64,000 nt of DNA from a virus, in IMG/VR virus record IMGVR_UViG_3300020463_002440, positions 1-64,000 of that record; one strand, 5' to 3'. Below are positions 48,861-55,966 of this stretch, piece after piece. Each line of letters opens with the position of its first letter. The stretch's first letter is position 1. The notes under the pieces were generated by a model. That model was not told the DNA's origin. It ran no database searches and was given only the letters and a program-made list of their open reading frames with translations. The position numbers and the translations under genes are program-made.

Positions 48861-49119
48861 TGTCTTTCTCACCTTTTTTCTTCAATTCTTCTATTTCTTT
48901 ATATTTCAGAACAACATCAACTTTTTGTTGTAAACGTATTAAGTCTTGATCTAACATCCTCATTCTGTCAATTAACTTTATAAGTGCCATGTGTTGCTTA
49001 TCAATTTCAGGTTGCAGTTTAGTATTCACAAACTGCCACACAAAATATACAAAATAACCAAGTCCTACTACCATAACAGCAGGAAAGCCATACTCATTAA
49101 CTAAGCTCGCAATATCCAT
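48850..49119 (-). CDS. Small TM + coiled-coil protein (YvrJ-like N-terminus)
   Basis: NEYGFPA TM helix; LIDR.RMLDQDLIRL. Confidence 0.65.
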   Translation of the reverse strand: MDIASLVNEYGFPAVMVVGLGYFVYFVWQFVNTKLQPEIDKQHMALIKLIDRMRMLDQDLIRLQQKVDVVLKYKEIEELKKKGEKDNED

Positions 49120-49123
49120 TATA

Positions 49124-49420
49124 TCAATCTCTTCTTACGTCTACTTTTCCATCTTCTATAAAATTTTCTGCTCGGGCTACTCTTTCAATATCTGGATTTA
49201 ATCCTAATGCACTACTCACAAGAAGATCAATCTTGATCATTTCATTAGACATCATAGATGCTCTATTTTCCAATGATTCTGCGAACATTGTTAACGTGCC
49301 AATACTATCAACGATTCCTTCAAAGATTTGTTTTATAATTACAAAAATAAAGAATCCCATTGTAAGGGCTCCGGCAATAGGCAATCCTACGTCAGATATA
49401 AGTTGAAAAATTTCTTCCAT
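49124..49420 (-). CDS. Small TM + coiled-coil protein, likely paralog of the next gene
   Basis: ISDVGLPI TM helix; LENR...M.NE..KID; DGKVD.RRD. Confidence 0.65.
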   Translation of the reverse strand: MEEIFQLISDVGLPIAGALTMGFFIFVIIKQIFEGIVDSIGTLTMFAESLENRASMMSNEMIKIDLLVSSALGLNPDIERVARAENFIEDGKVDVRRD

Positions 49421-49457
49421 AGTAATCCTAGTATTGAAAGGTAAAACCTCTCAATGT

Positions 49458-49465
49458 TATTTATA
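49458..49465 (-). promoter_or_regulatory. T4-type late promoter of the csg-fecR-cyclase operon
   Basis: TATAAATA on the minus strand, 37 nt upstream of the first ATG. Confidence 0.7.
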
Positions 49466-49649
49466 CATTTTAGATACTATATAGGTAACAAATTGTCTTC
49501 TAATAGGCTCCATATTCTCCTTCTAGTCCTCTTGTAATGTATGGCAATACAATCCAATTAGTAAAAATAACCACTTTTAGAGGACATTTATTTTGTTATA
49601 TACATGATGATTAATATAACAAAAAGTTCTAAAAAGATGAAAAAAGTTG

Positions 49650-49678
49650 TTGACATTCTTTATGAAATAGATTAGAAT
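49650..49678 (+). promoter_or_regulatory. Early promoter (palindromic-spacer class)
   Basis: TTGACA-TTCTTTATGAA-ATAGAT-TAGAAT. Confidence 0.75.
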
Positions 49679-49710
49679 ATACATTCAACAATTGAAAAAG
49701 GAATCAAATA

Positions 49711-49944
49711 ATGTCTACTGAATTGAGAACTGTTCCAACAACAGATATTCAACAAACGCGTTTCTTTGGTGGAAAAGACCGAGGAACATGTATTCAATTA
49801 ACGCCACCATGGCAATCACAAGGTCACATTCAGCTAACTCGTAAACAGGCTGCTGAGTTGGCTGCAGAATTAACGCTGTTCGCAAATGGTGAAGAAGTTG
49901 CCGAGCATCTACTACCTCTATTCCAAGTTGTCAAAAATAAATGA
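49711..49944 (+). CDS. Early hypothetical protein
   Basis: TRFFGGKDRG.C.QLT. Confidence 0.65.
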   Translation: MSTELRTVPTTDIQQTRFFGGKDRGTCIQLTPPWQSQGHIQLTRKQAAELAAELTLFANGEEVAEHLLPLFQVVKNK

Positions 49945-49953
49945 AAAAAACTA

Positions 49954-49982
49954 TTGACATCATAAAGAAACTATGGTATAAT
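49954..49982 (+). promoter_or_regulatory. Early promoter
   Basis: TTGACA-TCATAAAGAAA-CTATGG-TATAAT. Confidence 0.8.
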
Positions 49983-50016
49983 GGTTGTATAAATTAAATT
50001 AATCAGGAAATAAATT

Positions 50017-50295
50017 ATGAAATTATCAAAAAGTGAAATGACTAAATTAGAAACTTTAATCAATAAAGCTGAAGGTACTGATGTATCGGTTATCATTCAG
50101 ATGATTAAGGCAAAGCAAAGAAACGATCAGTTTAAAGCTGCTAAGTCTTTTGAAGTTGGTCAAACTGTTTCCTTTACTACAAGGATCGGCGAAAAGATCG
50201 TTGGTGAAGTTATGAAAGTCAATACCAAGAACATCAAGGTAAGGACTCCTCAAGGTAACTGGAATGTTACTGCTTCATTACTGTCAGCTGCATAG
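50017..50295 (+). CDS. Early protein with an SH3/KOW-like C-terminus
   Basis: F.VGQ.V.F...G.V.KVN.K...V...W.V..SLL; ends in -AA. Confidence 0.65.
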   Translation: MKLSKSEMTKLETLINKAEGTDVSVIIQMIKAKQRNDQFKAAKSFEVGQTVSFTTRIGEKIVGEVMKVNTKNIKVRTPQGNWNVTASLLSAA

Positions 50296-50315
50296 GACGT
50301 TCTGTCCGACCGAAG

Positions 50316-50341
50316 AGCCTATCTATCTTGGTAGGCTTTTC
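50316..50341 (+). terminator. Possible intrinsic terminator
   Basis: AGCCTATC-TATCTT-GGTAGGCT + TTT. Confidence 0.5.
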
Positions 50342-50372
50342 ACTACCCAACTATTAACATAGAGGAAAGTAA

Positions 50373-50576
50373 ATGAGTAATGTAATTAAATTTCCAATGG
50401 ATCGTATTCGATTAAGTCCAAATGCAGAAGACTTTTTTGCTGATAGAATTTGCGACCAAGCAGATCAACTTGAAGAGCAACTGAACGATGTCTTGAGTCA
50501 AGCAATTGCTATTGAAGAACAGACAGCACGTCTTCTTAAAATGATGGAAGCAATAGATGAGGATGATCATGTTTGA
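50373..50576 (+). CDS. Hypothetical protein
   Basis: MSNVIKFP, 67 aa. Confidence 0.6.
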   Translation: MSNVIKFPMDRIRLSPNAEDFFADRICDQADQLEEQLNDVLSQAIAIEEQTARLLKMMEAIDEDDHV

Positions 50577-50724
50577 TTGGAATCACATTGTGAAAATGAC
50601 TATAATATTTTCAGTGTTTTTGTTTTTGATGTTGGCAATGCAATCTAGCATAAACCATTGGACACCAGAAAAAATGTATTTTGATGCGCCAAACCAGTCC
50701 TTTGAGACAGATAAGATTGCATAG
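50569..50724 (+). CDS. Small membrane protein (not in ORF track)
   Basis: 51 aa, GAGGA RBS, one TM helix. Confidence 0.5.
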   Translation: MFDWNHIVKMTIIFSVFLFLMLAMQSSINHWTPEKMYFDAPNQSFETDKIA

Positions 50725-50733
50725 CATAAACTA

Positions 50734-50762
50734 TTGACATTTTCTTTTAACTTTGATATAAT
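50734..50762 (+). promoter_or_regulatory. Early promoter
   Basis: AAACTATTGACA-N17-TATAAT. Confidence 0.75.
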
Positions 50763-50769
50763 ATACATT

Positions 50770-51327
50770 ATGAATATTTTTATTTTAGACAACGATCCAA
50801 TAAAAGCAGCTCAATCTCAGTGCGACAAGCATGTCGTAAAAATGATTATTGAGTCTGCTCAGATGTTATCGACCGTTCATCGTATGTTGGACGGCAAAAT
50901 GGAACGCAGGCCTTCAAAGTCTGGTTCTATGTTAAAGTATTATTACCTTGAAGACAGTCGAGAAGATACACTCTACAAAGCCTGTCATCATAATCATCCG
51001 TCCACAGTTTGGACGAGAGAATCCAAAGCCAACTATGATTGGCACTACAAACACTTTGTTGCGTTATGTGATGAATACACTTATCGTTATGGTAAGATCC
51101 ATATGACAGATACTAAATTAAGACAAGCATTAAAATATTTTCCAACTAATATACCTGATATAGGACCAACTAAATTTAAGTTAGCAATGAGTTCTAATCC
51201 TGAGTGTATATTTGAGGATGCAGTTAAATCGTATCGTGCTTTTTATCATACCAAAGAAGAAAGATTTAAATTGGTGTGGAGTAAAAGACCGATTCCTGAC
51301 TGGTGGCAAGGTCGGAGATTAGCTTAG
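50770..51327 (+). CDS. Pyrimidine-dimer DNA glycosylase-like protein
   Basis: MNIF.LD..P..AA...CDKHVVKM..E.AQMLST; H.NHP..W; EYT.RYGK.H. Confidence 0.8.
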   Translation: MNIFILDNDPIKAAQSQCDKHVVKMIIESAQMLSTVHRMLDGKMERRPSKSGSMLKYYYLEDSREDTLYKACHHNHPSTVWTRESKANYDWHYKHFVALCDEYTYRYGKIHMTDTKLRQALKYFPTNIPDIGPTKFKLAMSSNPECIFEDAVKSYRAFYHTKEERFKLVWSKRPIPDWWQGRRLA

Positions 51328-51359
51328 TTATAATTATGGTAATTAAATAGGAGTGTAAT

Positions 51360-51587
51360 ATGCAAAAGAAACTAGGAGAGCAGCTATTAAGCGATGCCAA
51401 AAGAAGAATCATTTCAAAAGATGATTTACTTGAAGCTTGTTTAAAAACTTTAACCGATGATCAGATATACGAAATAGCAATTGCTAATGATTTTGTAATG
51501 ACTGAAAACGAAGATGCAAATATTGATATGGAGAATTCTCCGCAACAACGAATCATTGATGCGGTCTTGGCACGACATGGAGATTAA
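51360..51587 (+). CDS. Hypothetical protein
   Basis: 75 aa, AGGAG RBS. Confidence 0.6.
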   Translation: MQKKLGEQLLSDAKRRIISKDDLLEACLKTLTDDQIYEIAIANDFVMTENEDANIDMENSPQQRIIDAVLARHGD

Positions 51588-51798
51588 CTTAAGTATGGAT
51601 CTTTGGATGTATTGGGTAACTGCAATTGTATTTACAGCTCTTGGTTACGCATTTGCACGAGATAAAAAAGCTTCTTTCGAAGAATCAAGACGAATTACAC
51701 AAGAAACTATTGATACTCTAATTGAAATGGGGTTTATAAAAACTCGTCTTGATGACAATAATGAAATTGAACTAGTCAAATACGAAGAGGAAATTTAA
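51577..51798 (+). CDS. Small membrane protein
   Basis: TM helix plus TID.L...G.IK. Confidence 0.6.
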   Translation: MEINLSMDLWMYWVTAIVFTALGYAFARDKKASFEESRRITQETIDTLIEMGFIKTRLDDNNEIELVKYEEEI

Positions 51799-51999
51799 AT
51801 GGAAATACCAGCAGTAAGTTCTACAGGACCTACTCCAACTTATCGGTTTCAACAGAATAATGTTGAATATGATACTCGTACTGTTAAAGTAACAACAAAA
51901 GTAATGAACGATTATCAACAAGAAACAATTTACACATACGATAAGTATGGCCACTTACAGTCAACAGTGATTCACAAATCGGATATTGCTTTAATATGA
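51799..51999 (+). CDS. Hypothetical protein
   Basis: 66 aa, YTYDKYG. Confidence 0.55.
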   Translation: MEIPAVSSTGPTPTYRFQQNNVEYDTRTVKVTTKVMNDYQQETIYTYDKYGHLQSTVIHKSDIALI

Positions 52000-52187
52000 T
52001 ATCAGATTTTACACTTTTTAATGTTTCTATTATTAATCCATCCACAATGGAAAAAATTGACCAAGGTGAGATGAGATATAAACACGCAAAAGATTTTCTT
52101 AATAAAATGGATAAGAAAGGAATACCTGTAATTGTTGAAGCAATCAACGATTCTGATGTAGCAGATTTCATATTATCAAATAATTAA
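51996..52187 (+). CDS. Hypothetical protein
   Basis: 63 aa, ATGA overlap. Confidence 0.55.
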   Translation: MISDFTLFNVSIINPSTMEKIDQGEMRYKHAKDFLNKMDKKGIPVIVEAINDSDVADFILSNN

Positions 52188-52206
52188 ACTTTTTTCATAA
52201 AAACTA

Positions 52207-52235
52207 TTGACATTCATTATGAACTATAGTATAAT
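52207..52235 (+). promoter_or_regulatory. Early promoter driving the large ncRNA
   Basis: TTGACA-TTCATTATGAA-CTATAG-TATAAT. Confidence 0.8.
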
Positions 52236-52240
52236 AGACG

Positions 52241-52922
52241 TATATTGAGGGAAACACCCCCGACTCGCAAGAGAAATGGTAAAATGCAATTACCAAAGCG
52301 ACGGAGATATCTCGAGGTCATAAAAGTTGTTCTTATCAAACAAAGGCCGAGAAAAAACAGGTGGACAAACCCGACTGGCAGCTGAAGCTGTTGAGTATAT
52401 CCAATCGTAACAGATATATTCGGACAGAGTAATGAGAGGGCCAATACTGGAAAGTATGTAATTATACGGGTACAGAACAAATCAATAGAGACTGAGGCGA
52501 GCCCGAGTTTGAAGAAACGCTCGAAACTAAAGTGGATTAAATTCCCGCAGTCCGAAAAGAGATAGGTTTAGCTTGCAAGCTAAACGACACAAGACGGCAG
52601 TCTAGGATCTTCTCTTTTTTACTTGAGAGTATGCTTAAGTGTTACCCAAGAAACTAGAGTTAACGAAGTACGATGTAAGTCCGAGGCCAGCCAGTCGACC
52701 TAATAGTTTTACTTGGAATGCTACGATTAACAATTCAGCATTATTTAACGAATTACGTTAACACAGCATTCCATTTTCTAGGTGGTTAGAAACCGCAGCT
52801 TAGTCGGCTGTTCCTTTAGAAAGGATCCAATAACAAATGACGATTGTGAGGCATGAGTTCTACACCGAGGCGGTTCTTGTCATACCTTTGATGGGTGTAT
52901 ATGGAAGAACCGCCGTTTTTTT
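52241..52922 (+). ncRNA. Large structured ncRNA (ROOL/GOLLD-like class, tentative)
   Basis: ~680 nt between promoter and terminator with no plus-strand ORF in the track; many hairpins and long-range complementary segments. Confidence 0.75.
52869..52922 (+). terminator. Intrinsic terminator / 3' stem of the ncRNA
   Basis: GGCGGTTCTT...AAGAACCGCC + GTTTTTTT. Confidence 0.75.
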
Positions 52923-52936
52923 ATTAAGGACATAAT

Positions 52937-53779
52937 ATGATTCCATTAATTGGAACAAGAAAATCAAAACTTGCTCTTGCATATACTAACAAAGCAATAA
53001 AACGTTTAGATATTTCACTTACAACTGTCCTCATTGATTCAGAAGCAGATCTTAAACCTGATGTTACTATTGAAGAATTAGGTAATAAAGGAGTCTTTTC
53101 TAAAGAGGCTGAAACCTCTCTAATTAATAATCATATTGATATTGCATGTCATGCATACAAAGATCTTACAAGAGATAACGATCACCTTCTAGAAATATCC
53201 TGCGTACTACCAAGAGCTGACTTTAGAGATTGTTTAATTGGTAATAATATAAATCCAAGAACAATAGGTACAAGCTCTCCAAGAAGATTATTTCAATTAC
53301 AAGAATTATATCCAAATGCACAGATAGTTCCTATTCGTGGTAACATAGATACTCGAATACAAAAACAAGAGAACGGTGAATATGATGCAATTGTTTTAGC
53401 AAAAGCTGGTCTTGATTCTTTAAACCTTACTCACAAAGCAAGTAGAATATTTGGAACTGCAGATATGTTGCCTGCACCAGGACAAGGAGTTATTGCTTTA
53501 CAGACAAGAATACCAAATAATGATAGAGATCGCGATATTACAGGAATGTTATGGGCAAGAAATCATATTGACACTTGGTATACAGTAATGGCTGAAAAAG
53601 CAATGCTTAAAGAAATAAATGGAGACTGCCATACTCCAATTGGTGTATTATCATATGTTGAAAATAATACATTACACATGGTTGCGAAACACTTTGAAAC
53701 AGATAAGCTAAGTTTGAATAAAGGTCCTATTGAAGAATATAATGAAATAGGTTCGCAGCTCGGCAAATCTTTAATATGA
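52937..53779 (+). CDS. hemC: Hydroxymethylbilane synthase (porphobilinogen deaminase)
   Basis: IGTRKSKLA, KGVFSKE, H.YKD, IGTSSPRR, RGNIDTR, LPAPGQG, GDCHTPIG (cofactor Cys). Confidence 0.9.
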   Translation: MIPLIGTRKSKLALAYTNKAIKRLDISLTTVLIDSEADLKPDVTIEELGNKGVFSKEAETSLINNHIDIACHAYKDLTRDNDHLLEISCVLPRADFRDCLIGNNINPRTIGTSSPRRLFQLQELYPNAQIVPIRGNIDTRIQKQENGEYDAIVLAKAGLDSLNLTHKASRIFGTADMLPAPGQGVIALQTRIPNNDRDRDITGMLWARNHIDTWYTVMAEKAMLKEINGDCHTPIGVLSYVENNTLHMVAKHFETDKLSLNKGPIEEYNEIGSQLGKSLI

Positions 53780-53994
53780 AACAAAGAACAAAACAAATAC
53801 ATAAAGAAACATCATTTCAAATTGCTACAGGATTAGCTATAAATTACCCTTTAAACCTCTTTTTACTGTATATCTATATAGAACGGTTTGGCATTACTGA
53901 CCCTGTCATGTTGGGCACTCTAGTCACTTTAGTTATGACTATTGTGGCATACACTAGAATCTTTCTGATTCGATCTTATTTCTCTAAAAAATAA
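53776..53994 (+). CDS. Small two-TM membrane protein
   Basis: 72 aa, hydrophobic. Confidence 0.6.
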   Translation: MKQRTKQIHKETSFQIATGLAINYPLNLFLLYIYIERFGITDPVMLGTLVTLVMTIVAYTRIFLIRSYFSKK

Positions 53995-54017
53995 CTGAAC
54001 TTTTTCTCATAAAACTA

Positions 54018-54046
54018 TTGACATTTGCTCTCATATAGAGTATAAT
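54018..54046 (+). promoter_or_regulatory. Early promoter
   Basis: TCATAAAACTATTGACA-N17-TATAAT. Confidence 0.8.
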
Positions 54047-54075
54047 TGTATTATAAAATGGAAAAAGGAATTAAA

Positions 54076-54411
54076 ATGAATAGAGTAGATATGATAGAGA
54101 TTTGGGATTCAGTTGAATTTAAAATTAACGGAGTTCATCACAGAGGTTTCATCAAAGAATTAAGAAAAGATGGAATGTCAGTTAAAGTCATTGAACAAGA
54201 TTTCGTAAACAGTTACCATGATGAAAGCTTTGATGCTTTTATGTTAGATATTAATGAATCTGAATTTGATTCTTTTAAATTAGAAATATGGTCTGATGGT
54301 AGAGGTGGAGACAATTCTGCTATTGGAGTTCAAGGCTGTCATGAACCATGGAAATTGGTTTGGATGCCTGCCGCTGAATTTGATGAATGGAAAAACAGGA
54401 GGGCTGCATAA
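54076..54411 (+). CDS. Early hypothetical protein
   Basis: 111 aa, ends in -AA. Confidence 0.65.
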   Translation: MNRVDMIEIWDSVEFKINGVHHRGFIKELRKDGMSVKVIEQDFVNSYHDESFDAFMLDINESEFDSFKLEIWSDGRGGDNSAIGVQGCHEPWKLVWMPAAEFDEWKNRRAA

Positions 54412-54533
54412 TGAGTTGTGAATTTAAAGATGCAATGATGGAGTCTTTAGTTCAAGAAGCCGAAGAGTTAGGACTTAGCGGTGATGAATTAGAGAACTGG
54501 GTCGAAGAGCAATTTGACATGAGATTGAGATAA
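54411..54533 (+). CDS. Small acidic protein (not in ORF track)
   Basis: 40 aa, TAATG coupling. Confidence 0.5.
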   Translation: MSCEFKDAMMESLVQEAEELGLSGDELENWVEEQFDMRLR

Positions 54534-54558
54534 AAAAAGGCAACCCCGAAGGGTTGCC
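54532..54558 (-). terminator. Intrinsic terminator after gp23 with a cUUCGg tetraloop
   Basis: Minus strand GGCAACCC-TTCG-GGGTTGCC + T7. Confidence 0.85.
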
Positions 54559-54611
54559 CAAATGTTCCGAAGAACTTTTAATTGTGGTTTAGTTGACCTA
54601 AACTCTTAGTA

Positions 54612-55922
54612 TTAGAATAAGTTAGAGATTCTTACTTTTCTGTAATACTTGTTGGTATCCTGAGTCAATGCACCAGAACCTTGTGAGGCTCCTTCAGCAA
54701 AAGGATTAGCAACCATACCGTAACGAGTTTTAAAACCAATTTTCGGTTGGAAACTATTTTCACCAACGGCACGAACCATTTGCAATGGTACGTAAGGACA
54801 ATAGAATAGTCCAGCGTCAAATGCGCTTGAACCTTTATATCCAACTACTAAGTAGTTTCCGCCTGCGAAAGGATCAACATATACTCTGAATCTTCCGTTA
54901 AGAACACCAGCAAAAGTATTGCCTGTGTCATCAACTTCTAGATTGTTAGAGTTAAGAGCAGGAGTATAGTCGAGAACGCCAGCCATTTGAAGTGCTGAAG
55001 CAACATCAGAAGAACAAATAACAACGTTACCTTTTCCTCTTCTTGTATCTTTAGCGATAGCATTAGCTTCTTGCTCGATTTGGAACATTAAGCCTTTGAA
55101 CTTCTCAACTGACCATCTTCCGTTGGAATCAACGTCAAGGTCGAATACACCAGCAGATGCAGTACCAGCGGCACCTTCAACAGCAGTTGTATAAATTGTT
55201 CTAACAACTTCTCTATTGATCTCTGTTAGGATTTCAGTTTGAAGAATGTTAGCAAGTTCTGTTTCAGCGTCTAAGCCGTGAACAGCCTTAAGATCCTGAG
55301 CAAGCTCAGTTGTATACTCAGCCTTTAGGGCACGAGTCTTAGCAGATACAGTAACCTTCTCGATTGAGAATGCCATTTCTGCATAGTTAGTACCATTACC
55401 ATCACCTAAAGCTTCCGCTTCAGTTGTTCCCATACCAGTACCAGTTGTAATCAACGTAGTATTAGCATTAGGAAGTGTGTTAGCATGAGTACCTGCACCA
55501 GCGAAGTCTGTATCAGCTTCGTTGTACATTGCTTCTGCACCACCTTGTGAGCTGTATCTTGAACGCATTGCGAAGATAAGTCCTGTAGGACCTGTCATCG
55601 GCTGAACACCACAGATGTCATATGCGATTAAGTTAGGTACAGCACGTCTTACCAATGAGATAAGAATTGGGTCGTAACCTGCAACTGGACCAGTTGCTGT
55701 AGCTCCACCACTAAATCCACCTGTTGAGGCGTCGTTAGCATGTGTCTCTGACAACAATGAAGTCATGTTAGCAGATAAGTCACCAGACTCAGTTAGTGCT
55801 TTTTCAGTGTTCTCAAGAATAGTAGCCGTAACTGCTTTTCTATGATTATCACTGATTGGTGAAAAAGATTCGTGCTCTAAGATAGGCTCCCACTTTTCCA
55901 CTAGTCTTTGATAGTTATCCAT
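54612..55922 (-). CDS. gp23: Major capsid protein (T4 gp23)
   Basis: KW.PIL, GVQPMTGPTGLIFAMR, ELAQDLKAVHGLDAE, FYCPYVPL, GFKTRYG. Confidence 0.97.
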   Translation of the reverse strand: MDNYQRLVEKWEPILEHESFSPISDNHRKAVTATILENTEKALTESGDLSANMTSLLSETHANDASTGGFSGGATATGPVAGYDPILISLVRRAVPNLIAYDICGVQPMTGPTGLIFAMRSRYSSQGGAEAMYNEADTDFAGAGTHANTLPNANTTLITTGTGMGTTEAEALGDGNGTNYAEMAFSIEKVTVSAKTRALKAEYTTELAQDLKAVHGLDAETELANILQTEILTEINREVVRTIYTTAVEGAAGTASAGVFDLDVDSNGRWSVEKFKGLMFQIEQEANAIAKDTRRGKGNVVICSSDVASALQMAGVLDYTPALNSNNLEVDDTGNTFAGVLNGRFRVYVDPFAGGNYLVVGYKGSSAFDAGLFYCPYVPLQMVRAVGENSFQPKIGFKTRYGMVANPFAEGASQGSGALTQDTNKYYRKVRISNLF

Positions 55923-55966
55923 TTTGGATCTCCTTTAATTAATGTTTAATTTAATAAAACCAATTA

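Noticed and set aside
40671-49420. Operon as host DNA misassembled into the contig
   Set aside because: It is headed by a T4 late promoter, flanked by phage early genes, and has similar AT-rich composition.
52217-52480. 87-aa minus-strand ORF over the large ncRNA
   Set aside because: No convincing RBS or motif; it lies antisense to a strong promoter, and the region is better explained as structured RNA.
52241-52922. Large RNA as tmRNA, RNase P RNA or a self-splicing intron
   Set aside because: I found no tRNA-like acceptor/T-arm ends and no GAGGAAAGUCC, and it does not interrupt a gene; a covariance search is still needed to exclude divergent forms.
33360-54050. Recurring AAAACTATTGACATTCAT as a CRISPR repeat or mobile-element end
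   Set aside because: Copies are dispersed, and each is followed by a -10 box at 17 bp and a gene or RNA, so they are promoters.
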